This document shows, piece by piece, positions 1 through 11,972 of a DNA stretch of 64,000 nucleotides. This DNA is from Mobula hypostoma (lineage: Eukaryota). Made by a program: the position numbers and the translations under genes. The DNA is taken from NCBI RefSeq assembly GCF_963921235.1, contig NC_086108.1, forward strand, positions 41,108,001 through 41,172,000. The letters run 5' to 3'. Position 1 is the first letter of the stretch; each line of letters opens with the position of its first letter. Below the pieces are notes generated by a model that was not told the DNA's origin, did no database searches, and saw only the letters and a list, made by a program, of their open reading frames with translations.

Positions 1-169
1 TCCAGATGTTCCTCTGTGCTTTCACATCTGTCTCCATCAAATCAGAATTGTCCGCGGCCCCTATTTAACAGAAACGATATCATTTTCACCAGAGAGCTGC
101 GCGCGTGCATTGCGCTGCCATCTTCTCCTCCCGCCTATAGATATATATGAATATAAAAATAATTTTTAG

Positions 170-791
170 ACGAGGGGTGATTGATAAGTTCATGGCTTAA
201 GGTGGAAGGAGTCAATTTTAGAAAACTTAACACATTTATTTTTCAATATAGTCCCCTCCTACGTGTGCACACTTAGTTCAGTGGTCATGGAGCATACGGA
301 TTCCTTCTTTGTAGAAGTGCTCCACAGCAGGGGTGATTGATAAGTTCATGGGCTAACTTACAAGGAGATGAGTTATTAACTTCAAACTTCTGCATTATCA
401 CTCAGAGAGTTGAACTGCATATGCATGTAACGAGAGCATCTTGGACCTCAAGAAGTGGTTCACAGCAGGGGTTATTGATAGGTTTGTGGCCTAAGGTAGA
501 AGGAGATGAGTTATACAGTTCTCGTTACATGCACATGCAGTTCAACTCTTCGAGTGAAAATGCAGAAAGTTTGAAGTTAATAACTCATTTCCTTCTACCT
601 TAGGCCACAAAATTATCAATCACCCTTGCTGTGGACCGCTTCTGGAGGTCCAAGACGCCGACTTCTACAAAGCTGGGATCCATATGTTCCACAACCGCTG
701 GACTAAGTGTGTAAATATAGGAAAAGTAAATGTGCTAGGTTTTCTAAAATTGACTCCTTCTACCTTAGGCCACGAACTTATCAATCCCTCG
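170..791. mobile_element. Mariner-derived palindromic MITE
   Basis: The start CGAGGGGTGATTGATAAGTTCATGGCTTAAGGTGGAAGGAGTCAATTTTAGAAAAC (171) is inverted by GTTTTCTAAAATTGACTCCTTCTACCTTAGGCCACGAACTTATCAATCCCTCG, followed by TA. Internal TIR copies lie at about 328, 468 and 590-625. The arms carry a mariner transposase C-terminus-like RWTKCV. Confidence 0.8.
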
Positions 792-1080
792 TATATAATA
801 ATTTTTATATATATTAATTTTGCATATAGATAATTTCACATTATATAAATCAATAATAATAACTATGATTCTGATTAAACTGGTAAATTGTTTCTTTTTA
901 CTTTTTACAGTGATAAATTTGTCTTGCATGCAGTCCAGACTGATCATTTTATTACAACAGTGCATTGAGGTGGAACAAGAGAAAACAGTTAACAAAAGGC
1001 AGAGTATAGTGATACAGATCCAGGGAAATGCAGTGCAATTAGACAATAAGGTGGAAGGCCATAGCGAAGTAGATTCTTAG

Positions 1081-1720
1081 CAATGTTCCCTCTAAGGTGA
1101 GTGCGCACATATCTTTTGCTATTAGTGCACAAAAAAGGTTGTCACCCTTTACCTTGTTGGCATGTTAAGTATATTTCATGAGCATAGACAATCACATTTC
1201 CTTTTCTGGGTTCTGATGCGGACGGTGTTGACAACATGGAGTTTGCGATGATTTGTTTGCAGATTTCAGAACTGGCTTACTGTTTCTTTATTGAAGAAAT
1301 TATTGGTTCACTTTGTCGAATTCCAAAGAAGCAAAGTGCATGAAGCACAAAAGAACTGCAGGTTTATTGAAAGCGGAATGGCTTAATGAGACAGTAGAAA
1401 CTGCTACACTGAAAGCTCATGAGGTCAGGAATGTGCATCTATGGAAAATATTTATGTACAATACAGAAAATGGAGTTACCTGCATGTATTGTCGCAATGC
1501 AAAAGCTGCTGGAAAACTTGCAAGTGGGAAGAAGTGGAGTGATATCTAGAAACTTGACTTTTTAAAGTGCAGTTTTGCAAATGAATCACATAAGGACGAT
1601 GTGCAAAAACTCCGGCGAGAAAATCCTTCGTTACCCGCTACAGACCTGCTATATAGGTTTTGAGAGATTGCAGATGAATGAGAGCAAAAATAATCAAGCC
1701 CAGAAGAGATCTAACTCCAT
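1081..1720 (+). mobile_element. Degenerate hAT-like DNA transposon 5' fragment with zinc-finger-like N-terminus
   Basis: Starts CAATGTTCCCTCTAA (TIR-like). ORF 1313-1549 has W...CMYC, and WKLDFLK follows past a stop, resembling TTF/ZNF862-type hAT transposases. Confidence 0.45.
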
Positions 1721-3308
1721 TTGGCCAGTTCCATGTTCCAGACTGAAGCAGATTCAAAACTGAAAAGTTGAGAGTTAATATATTGAAATATCATTAATCT
1801 GATTTTAAAATAAAAAGCCAAGAAGTCAGACTAAGATGAACCTGAAAACTTCACGTCTGAAATAATTAACACTTCATACATCCACATTATTTGGAAAATT
1901 TGAAATTTAGTTGCAAGTTAACCAGGCTTTATAACCAAGTCATTACAGAAAAGAATTGATGAAGCCTAGGCTTATTGAGGAAAGAAAAGAAAATGCTATA
2001 AATCAGGTAGAAATGAAGGAAAGAGGGATTGCTTTAACATAAAAAATTGGAAGATATTCAACAGCTAACAGGTAATGCAGAACCTTGCAGAATAGGTTTC
2101 TGGAGTGGGGTAGTTTTGGAAGGTGAATCCAAGATGTAAGTGGAGGGAAATGTTGCATCAGGAGTATGTCACATCCACAGACTCTGCCATGGAATCTGGG
2201 TGTCCTCATTGGCATGCTGTTGAGTGGGGACGACAATCACTCTCGTGAGTATGCACATTCCAGCCAATTAGTATTTCATTGTGGTTGTATTTAACTCCTT
2301 TCCTTTCATTTCCGTCTTGTTGAGTCTTGACCAAAGCACAGTGATGGCAATTTGCCCTGCTCACCTTAGTCCACATTCTAGGAAAGAAGGCTCCAGTTTA
2401 GATTTTTGCAGTAATGGAGCAGGATTTATTTAGTATTTAGCCACTGCTTCTGAGCTACAGTGTTGGTGTTAGCTTATAGTTTGAGCGTTTTGGTTAATGG
2501 CCCTGTGCATCTAGTGTTTATTATTTTCCTTTTGTTCAGTGATGCAAGACGGTGCCAGTGACCAATGCGACCAGTGCCAACGTCCTGTAGACCGTTCACG
2601 AAACTACTTCTTCTCATTCTTCTTTTAAATATACTTCTACTACTAACCTGTGTGCAATTGGAGCCTGTAATTTACATTTTGGTAATGTGTTTTTGGGCCG
2701 ACTGAACAATCTGCCACTTTATGCTGTCCGCAGGGGAACTCAGTGTGGTTGAGAGCGAGACTGAGAATGGAGTGTGCAGCCTAATGGTGGAGCATGAATC
2801 CATGATTGGCTGCCGATCTCGCCAACTAAAGAGGGAGGATGGGGGCCAGAGTGGGGAATTGAAGAAGAGAGGAGGACAATTACCAGATGTTGGAGAAATC
2901 AGTGTTCATTCCATCAGATTGGAGGCTACCCAGACAGAATATGAGCTATTGCTACTACAACCTCAGAGAGACCTCATCATGGCCGTAGAGAAGGCCATGG
3001 TCTGATATGTTGTAATGGGAATGGGGTTGAAATTAAAGTGGTCTTTTAGCAGATGGAGCAAAGGTGCTCAACAAAGTGGTTCCCCACTCTACGTCAGGTC
3101 TTACCAATGTTGAGTGCCCACATCGGGAGCACCAGATGCAGCTGACAACCCCAACAGATTTGCAGGTGAAGTATTGTTTCACCTGGAAGGACTGTTTCGG
3201 GCCCTGAATGGAGGTGAGGAGGTGAGTGGGCAGGTGTGGCACTTCTTCGATTTGCAGAATCAAGTTTAATCTTACCGGCATAAGCCATGAAATTTGTTAA
3301 TTTGCAGC

Positions 3309-3923
3309 AAGTCAAGTCAAGTCACTTCTTATTGTTATTTCAACCACAACTGCTGGTACAGAACATAGTAAAAATGAGACAACGTTTTTCAGGACCATGG
3401 TGCTACATGAAACAATACAAAATCTACACTGAACTACGTAAGAAAAAACACAAAAACTACACTAGACCACAGACCTATCCAGGACTGCATAAAATGCACA
3501 AAACAGTGCAGGCACTGCAAAAAATAATAATAAATAATAAACAAGACAATAGGCACAGTAGAGGGCAGTAGGTTGGTGTCAGTCCAGGTTCTGGATATTG
3601 AGGAGTCTGATGGCTTGGGGGAAGAAACTGTTACATAGTCTGGTCGTGACAGCCCGAATGCTTCGGTGCCTTTTGCCAGATGGCAGAAGGGAGAAGAGTT
3701 TGTATGAGGGGTGCGTGGGGTCCTTCATAATGCTGTTTGCTTTGCGGATGCAGCGTGTGGTGTAAATGTCCGTAATGGCGGGAAGAGAGACCCCGATGAT
3801 CTTCTCAGTTGACCTTACTATCTGCTGCAGGGTCTTGCGATCGGAGATGGTGCAATTTCCGAACCAGGCCATGATGCAACTGCTCAGGATGCTCTGGATA
3901 CAACCTCTGTAGAATGTGGTGAG
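3309..3923 (-). mobile_element. Rex1/Babar LINE 3' fragment
   Basis: ORF 3579-3962 (FYRGCIQSILSSCIMAWFG...DPTHPSYKLFSLLPSGKR...SFFPQAIRLLN) is a typical Rex/Babar C-terminus. (TTGAC)n tail at 3309-3324. Confidence 0.85.
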
Positions 3924-4334
3924 TACAGCAGCAGTACAGTACAATGCATAGTAATGAAACACTATAAATTACAATACAAATTCTATATAAAAATTAAATT
4001 AAACATGTAGTGTGAAAAGAGAGCAAAAAAGTAGCAAGGTAGTGTTCATTGTCCACTCAGAAGTTGGATAGCGCAGGGGCAAGAGCCAGGAGGGAGGACA
4101 AGAGAATCACAGAGGGAGCAATCTCTGCAGAAAATGTAGACTGGAGTTTGGGGGGGGGGTGGGGAGGAGGGAAAGGTGGTAGGGCCCTGTTGAAGATAAT
4201 GGAAGTTGTGGAGAACGATGTGCTGGTTGCGGAGGCTCAAGTAGTATTGGGTGAGGACAAGAGGAACGCTATCTCTGTTAAGGTGGCGGGAAGATGGGGT
4301 GAGGGCAGATGTTCAGGAAATGGAGGAGATACAG

Positions 4335-5276
4335 GTCATAGTCATAGTCATAGTCATACTCATATTTTATTGATCCCGGGGAAAATTGGTTTTCGTTACA
4401 GTTGCACCATAAATAATTAAATAGCAATAAAACCATAAATAATTACATAGTAATATGTAAATTATGCCAGTAAATTATGAAATAAGTCCAGGACCAGCCT
4501 ATTGGCTCAGGGTGTCTGACCCTCTAAGGGAGGAGTTGTAAAGTTTGATGGCCACAGACAGGAATGACTTCCTATGACGCTCTGTTTTGCATCTCGGTGG
4601 AATGAGTCTCTGGCTGAATGTACTCCTGTGACCAACCAGTACATTATGTAGTGGATGGGAGACATTGACCAAGATGGCATGCAACTTGGACAGCATCCAC
4701 TTTTCAGACACCACCGCTGGAGAGTCCAGTTCCATCCCTACAACATCACCGGCCTTACGAATGAATTTGTTGATTTTGTTGGTGTCTGCTACCCTCAGCC
4801 TGCTGCCCCAGCACACAACAGCAAACATGATCGCACTGGCCACCACAGACTCGTAGAACATCCTCAGCATCGTCCAGCAGATGTTAAAGGACCTCAGTCT
4901 CCTCAGGAAATAGAGACGGCTCCGACCCTTCTTGTAGACAGCCTCAGTGTTCTTAGACCAGTCCAGTTTATTGTCAATTCGTATCCCCAGGTATTTGTAA
5001 TCCTCCACCATGTCCACACTGACCCCCTGGATGGAAACAGGGGTCGCCGGTGCCTTAGCTCTCCTCAGGTCTACCACCAGCTCCTTAGTCTTTTTCACAT
5101 TAAGCTGCGAATGATTCTGCTCACACCATGCGACAAAGTTTCCTACCGTAGCCCTGTACTCAGCCTCATCTCCCTTGCTGATGCATCCAACTATGGCAGA
5201 GTCATCCGAAAACTTCTGAAGATGACAAGACTCTGTGCAGTAGTTGAAGTCTGAGGTGTAAATGGTGAAGAGAAAG
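4335..5276 (-). mobile_element. Rex1/Babar LINE 3' fragment
   Basis: ORF 4499-5098 (KTKELVVD...YKYLGIRIDNKLDW...RLYFLRRLRSF). (GACTAT)n tail at 4335-4358. Confidence 0.85.
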
Positions 5277-6624
5277 GTGAGAGCTGCATCAATAGTGGTG
5301 GAAGGGAAATCCCATTCTCTGAAGTAGGAGGACGTCTCTGCTGTCCTGGAAAGAAAGCCTCATCCTGGCATCAGATGCAGTGGAGGTGAAGGAACTGAGA
5401 AAAGAGAATGACATTTTTACAGGAGACAGGGTGGGAAGCGGTATGGTCAAGATAGCTGTAAGAGTGAAAAGATTTATAAATGATCTTGTTAGTTTGTCTC
5501 CTGTAATAGAGACAGAGAGATCAAGAAAGGAGAGAGTTGTGACAGAAATGGACCAAGTGAATTTAAGGCTAAGGTGGAATTTGGAGGCAAAGTTGATGAA
5601 ATTGATGAGCTCAGCATGGGTGCATGAAGCAGCACCAATGCAGTCATTAATGCAGTGCAGAAAGAGCTGGGAAGCAATACCAAGAGAGGCTTGGAACATG
5701 GACTGTACCACACAGCCAATGAAAAGTCAGGCATAGCTGGACCCAAGCTGGTGCCGATGGCTACACCTTGAGTTTGAAGAAACTGGGAGGAGCCGAAAGA
5801 AAATTTGTTGAGTATGAGGACCAGTTCCACCAGATGAGTAAGGTGGCGGTGAAGCGGTCTGTTGTCGAGGAAGAAGTGGAGAGCTTTAAGGCACTGTCTC
5901 TAGACAGCTTGGTTTGAGTAACATTGGCTACAAAGAGCCATCTGCTGGCAGAGTGCTGCAGATATACAAACTAGAACCATTGAACAATCAAAGGGGCACT
6001 TGACCAACCCTCTTGATGGGACAGTAAGAAAGAGACAGCACCACCTGCTGACAGACAAAGGAAAAATACACTGCAAATTGTCTGTGTCTGATGATTACAC
6101 CTGATGACCTAACTGAGCTTCTAAGTCCAATTCCCAGCTCAGTCAATCTCAGATCAAGGTGAAAGGAAGGGCATTGTTGTTGGACTCAGTGGATCCTCTG
6201 TATTACCTTATAATAAGGTAATTAGAAAAGATGGAACTTCAAACCAAAACTTACTTTATTGAATGCAACTAACACTCATAGTTTGGTATAGCAATCCATC
6301 AAATAGGGTGCACAAAGTTCTTAAAGTATATGCACAATTATATGTACCATTCAGCTTTCCCTTTAACGAAAGTAGCAAACCCATAAAAACAATTATCTAC
6401 GTATTAAGCTATATTATCAATTAACTATTTAAATACATTGCTGTTTATTAAAAATATGGACTGTATATAAAGTTTTAACTAAACATAAATCCAGTCATGT
6501 TCTGATTCATTCAACTGCAATTTCTATGCCATAACCTAAACTTAATACCACTATAGTGTATATGATGAGTGTATAGTTTTCAGCACCTTTTGTGGCTCCT
6601 CGGATAATGAAACAGTCTTTGATC

Positions 6625-6990
6625 AAACACAGCAAGACCTGGACGATAGCCAGGTTTGTGTTGGTAAGTGATAAGTAATATCAATGCCACACAAATGCTA
6701 GACAATGACAAAATACAACAAGAGAACTTCCAACTATCAGCATCAGACATTCAGTGGCTTTTACCATCACTATCAATATCCTGAGGGCGAAGTGTTATTG
6801 ACCAGAAACTGAGTAGCAGTAACCATATACACAATGTTCCTACAAGAACAGATCAGACGTTAGGGATCTTGTGGCAAGTAACTCTCTTCCCTATTCCCCA
6901 AAGCTTGTCCATCAAAACTCATCAGGAGTGTGTGGAGCAGTCTCCACTTGCCTGGACGAGTGCAGTTTCAACAACGTTCAAGAAGCTCAA
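6625..6990 (+). mobile_element. Highly decayed CR1/L2-group RT fragment
   Basis: Reads as QQDLD.../HKC..MT/INIL/IDQKL/SPLAW with frameshifts. Confidence 0.55.
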
Positions 6991-7165
6991 CACCATACAG
7001 GAAACCAAAGTACCATGAAGGAACAGATGTAGGCACAAGGAGAACATGCAAACTCCACACAGACATTCTAGCGTACAGAATCTTCTGTCTCAGACCTTCC
7101 AAACAACTTACAATCTCTCTTCTGTCCTGTCTCCTTCTGAATACTGTGAGCACTTTATTGCTCAA

Positions 7166-8465
7166 AGAATCAGAATTAGGTTTATTATCACCGGTATGTG
7201 TCGTGAAACTTGTTAACTTAGCAGCAGCAGCAGTTCAATGCAAAACACGATAATATGGAAAGAAGAGGAAAAAGTTAAATAAATAAATAAATTGTGGTAA
7301 GTGTGTGTGTCTGTGTGTATACATATACACACACACTTATCACAGTTTATTTATTTATTTAACTTTTTCTTCTTCTTTCCATATTATAGTGTATATGTAT
7401 AGATATATCTGTATATTGAGTAGTTAAAATAGTGCAAAAACAGAAATAATATATATATATATTAAAAAATGAGGTAGTATTCATGGGTTAATGTCCATTT
7501 AGGAATTGTATGGCCGAGGGAACAGGCTGTTCCTGAGTCACTGAGTGTGTGCCTTCAGGCTTCTGTACCTCCTTCCTAATGGTAACAATGAGAAGAGAGC
7601 ATGCCTGGGTGATGGGGGTCCTTAATAATGGACGTCACCTTTCTGAGGCACCGCTCCTTGAAGATATTTTATGTAATGTGGAGGCCAGTACCCAAGATGG
7701 AGCTGACTAATTTTACAACTTTCTGTAGCTTCTTTTGATCCTGTGCAGTAGTCCCTCACCCCCACTCCCCAATACCAGACCACGATGCAGTCTGTCAGAA
7801 TGTTCTCCATAGTGTATCTATAGAAGTTTTCAAGTGTTTTAATTGATAAACCAGATCTCTTCAAACTCCCAATGAAATATAGCCACTGTCTTGCCTTCTT
7901 TATAGCTGCAACAATTAGATCCTCAGAGATCTTGTCACCAAGGAAATTGGAATTGCTCACTCCCTCCATTCCGGATCCCTCTATGAGGACAGGTTTGTGT
8001 TCCCTCACCTTACCCCTCCTGAATTTCATAATCAGCTCTTTTGTCTTACTGACATTGAGTGCAAGGTTGTTGCTGCAGCACCAGTCAACTATCTGTTCTA
8101 TCTCGCTCCTGTACGCCCTTTCATCTCCATCTGAGATGAGGGTGCATCATCAGCAAATTCATAGATGGTATTTGAGCTACACCTAGCCACACAGTCATGG
8201 GTATATAGAGAGTGGAGCAGTGGGCTAAGCACACACCTTTGAGGTGCACCTGTGTTGATGGTCATCAAGAAGGAGATATAATCACCGGTCGCACAAATTA
8301 TGGTCTTCCGTTTAGGAAGTCGGAATCCAATTGCAGAGGAAGGTACAGGGGGCCCAGTTTCTGTAACTTATCGATCAGGATTGTGGGAACACTGGTCAAT
8401 GACCGGTACCCTGACGTAGGTGTGTGTATTGTCCAGGTGATCTCAGGCCGTGTGAAGAGCTACTG
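7166..8465 (-). mobile_element. Rex1/Babar LINE 3' fragment
   Basis: ORF 7622-8029 (KKARQWLYF...LENFYRYTMENILTDCIVVWY). AGAATCAGAAT tail at 7166. The 3' UTR is shared with 3256-3308/3924-4055 and about 20245. Confidence 0.8.
7251..7386. repeat. Near-perfect inverted duplication (hairpin) centred on a (TG)n/(CA)n tract
   Basis: TAATATGGAAAGAAGAGGAAAAAGTTAAATAAATAAATAAATTGTGGTAAGTGTGTGTGT is mirrored by ACACACACACTTATCACAGTTTATTTATTTATTTAACTTTTTCTTCTTCTTTCCATATTA. Confidence 0.9.
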
Positions 8466-8664
8466 AAAGCAAAATCACTGCCTTCACTGACAGGCTAGAC
8501 ACATCAAGGACTGTTCATTACTCCAGGATATCTTGCCCGGATCTGAATTGCTAGATCCTCTCTCTCCAGCAAGGAGACTGTGTCTGCTGCCGCGTCTACG
8601 CGATTTGTGTCTGCGAGCTTTGCGGTGGCTTGCCCCACAATATGATGAACTTGGGACCAAGGCT

Positions 8665-10120
8665 TTGGATAGGTCCACAGGGCCTGATGGAATCTAATCC
8701 AGGATACTGAGTGAGGCAAGAAAGGAGATTGCTAGGACCTTGACCGAGATCTTTGTATCCTCTTCAACCATGGACAAGCTCTCAGAAGATAGGACAATGT
8801 TGCTCCCCTGTTTAAGAAGGGCAGCAGGGATAATCCAGCAAATTATAGATCAGCGAGCCTTCCATCAGAGGGAGAGAAATTACTGGGCAAGAGTCTAATG
8901 GAACAGGTTTACTTGCATTTAGGAAAGCATTGATTTATTAGGGATACTCAGCCCTGCTTTGTGTGGAGAACCCTGCCTCACAAATTTTATTGTGATTTTG
9001 AGTAGTGACAAAGATAATTGAAGAAGGTAAGACAGTCTATATTATCTCCATAGACTTTAATAAAGCACTTGACAAGATGATATATTTTATATTTATAACT
9101 TAGATGAAAATATAAGTAGTTAATTAAACAGTTTGTGGACAACATGAAAATTGGTGGAGTTGCAGATAATGACTAAGATAATCTGAGGACTGAGCAGGAT
9201 ATAGATCAGTTGAAGATATGTGTGGAGTCTAATGCAGACAAATGTGCAGAGTTTCACTTTGGGAAGTCAAATATAAGGGAAGAGTATGGCAGGACCCTTA
9301 GAAACACTGCAGTTCAGGGTGATCTTGGGATGCAAGTCCATTCTCCCTGAAAGTGGCCACGGATGATAAAGATGATAAAGGAGACCAAAATTTTTCAATC
9401 TTTAAAATAATGTTTTCTTTCCCTGAGACATTGTAAGTGTTGCTTACTTTGATGTACTTGTGTTATTTTTGAATAATATAATAATTATAATGAAAGATTT
9501 GAAAAGAAAGAAAGAAAGGAAGGAAGGAGGTTCACAGTATGCTTGCTTTCACTGGCTGAGGCACTGTGTATAAAAGTCACAATGTCATGTTGCAGCTTTA
9601 TAAAATTTTGGTTTGGCCACATTTGGGGCATAGTGTGCAATTCTGGTCACTGTACTATATAAAAATGAGCCTTTGGAGAGGGTGTGGAACAGGTTTGAGG
9701 CATTAGTTGTAATGAGAATGTTGGACGAAGTTGGATTGAGCCTTCTGGAGCATCAGCGGCTGAAGAATGTCCTGATAGAAAGGATATAAAATTATAAAAG
9801 AGATAGATGAGGTAGATCATCAGTGTTTTCACCACCATAAGGTGGAAATGTCAAGTAATAGTAAGCATAGGTTTAAGATGAGAGGGGAAATTATAGAGGA
9901 GCTGCACAAAGGAGTGTAGTAGGTGCTAGAACATGCTGCCAAAGGAGGTAGTAGAAGCAGATATGATAACAATGTCTAAAAGACATTTAGACAGATACAT
10001 GAACATGAAAGCAATGTTAGGACAAGGGCCATATGCAGACAAAGGGGTTAGTTAGATTGGTATCATAGTCAGGGTGGAGACACTGATGTGTTCCTGTTTT
10101 GTACTGGCCAAAGTTCTATG
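8665..10120 (+). mobile_element. Decayed CR1 LINE ORF2 and 3' end
   Basis: Remnants of GPDGI, PLFKKG, FNKALDK and VQFWS motifs with many stops. Confidence 0.8.
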
Positions 10121-10224
10121 ATAATTTTGTCAGCATCTGCAAATCACTAAGCACTGATTTGTGTACATTTCCCATAAACTACTGAAACTATGGAAGTCTG
10201 TAAAAATACTGTAACAGGACTGGA

Positions 10225-11972
10225 TGTGATGGAGCTTGTCAATGTATTCTGGAATGTTTCTTTAATCAATATATAGAGGTACCAACTAGAGAGAGTGTGA
10301 TACTGGATCTCCTCTTAGGGAACCATACAGGGCAGATGACAGAAATGTAAGGAACACTTTAGATCTAGTGATCATAATTCCATTAGTTTCAAGATAATTA
10401 TGAAGAACAATAAGATTTGAGATTTCAGTTGAGATTCTAAACTAGGGAAAAGCCAATTTTGATGGCATCTGGCAGCTGTGGACTGAGATAATTTGTTTTC
10501 TGGAAAAGTGATATTTAGTAAGGGGGAGACGTTCAAAAGGGAGAAAGTTTGTATGATCCTGTTAGGATAAAAGACAAGGATATAGGTTGAGGGAACAATG
10601 GTTTTCAAGGGGTATTGAAGCCCTGGCTAAAAAAAATGGATGTGTATAGCAGGTATAGGCAGCAAGGAACAAATAAGATGCTTGAGGAGTGTAAGAAATG
10701 AAAGAGAACATTTAAGAGGGAAATCTGGATGGCTAGAAGAAGACATGAGGTTGCTCTGGCAAATAAGGTGAAGGGCCTCAGATATATCAAGAACAAAAGG
10801 ATAGCAAAGCACAAAATTGGTCCTTTTGAAGACCAGAGTGGTCATCTACGCATGGAACTGAAAGAGATGGGGGGGATCTTAAATGAATTTTGTGCATCTT
10901 TATTTACTGAAGATGGACAAAGAGTCTACAGAACCAAGGCAAAATAATAGTGAGGTCGTGGACCGTATGTAGATGCAGAAGAGAGGTGCTTGCTCTTTTG
11001 GGGCAAATTAGGGTGGATAATTTCCCAGGGCCTGACAAGGTGTCCCCCTGGACCCTCTGGGAGGCTAATGCAGAAGTATTTAAATATCCTTAACCATCAG
11101 TGAAGTGCCAGAGAACTGAATGGTAGCTAATGGTGTTCCATTGTTTAAGAAAGACTCTAAGAGTAAGCAGAGAAATTACTGGCTGGTGAGCCTGACATTA
11201 GTAATGGATAAAATACTGTAAGATATTCTAAAGGACAGGATACACATGTACTTGGATAGACAGGGATAGTCAACATGGCTTTGTGAATGGTGGATTATGT
11301 CTAACCAATCTTCATAGAATTTTTCAAGGAGATTATCAGGAAAGGCAATGGATTTTGTCTGCGTGGAATGTAGCAAGAACTTTGACAGAATCCCACATGG
11401 GAAGCTGGTCAAGAAGGATCAGTCGCTTAACATTCAGAATACGGTTGTAACTTGAAATCAACATTAGCTTCATGATTGAAGCCAGAGAGTCACAGTGGAT
11501 GGCTGCCGCTCTGACTGGAAGCCTGTGATTAGTGGTGTGCCACAGGGATCGATGCTGCGTCCATTGATGTTTATCATCTGCTTAATGGCTGGATGAGAGT
11601 ATGTTAAACTGGATCAGCAAATTTGCAGATGATACTCATTATCAGGGGTATAAATAAGACAAATCCAAGCAGGCTTTTTCCACTGAGGTTGGCTGAGACT
11701 GGAACTAGAGGTCATAGGTTAAGGGTGCAAGGTGAAATAGTTGAGGGGATCCTGAGGGGGAGCTCCTTCACTCAAGAGTATGGTACAAGTGTGGAATGAA
11801 GTGCCAGCAGAAGTGGTGGATGTGAGTTCAGTTGTAACATAATAAGAGAAGTTTAGATAAGTACATGGATGGGAGGGATATGGAGGGCTGTGGTCCAGGT
11901 GTTGGTCGATGGGACTAGGCAGAACAATATGGAATAGATGGACAGGACGTGCTGCAGTGCTCTATGGCTCTA
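10225..11972 (+). mobile_element. Decayed CR1 LINE, same subfamily as 40787-43350
   Basis: Nucleotide similarity to the 40787-43350 copy. Contains HKIGPFEDQ, GVPQGS and KFADD motifs, an internal deletion and a CR1-type 3' UTR. Confidence 0.85.

Larger units (their letters stand above)
2830..5890 (-). mobile_element. Penelope-like element (RT plus GIY-YIG), split by nested insertions
   Basis: RT motifs FLQTQGVAIGTSLGP and LSFLDLSV at 5289-5830. GIY-YIG region QVKQYFTCKSVGVVSCIWCSRCG at 3033-3257. Pieces at about 2830-3257, 4060-4334 and 5276-5890. Confidence 0.8.
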
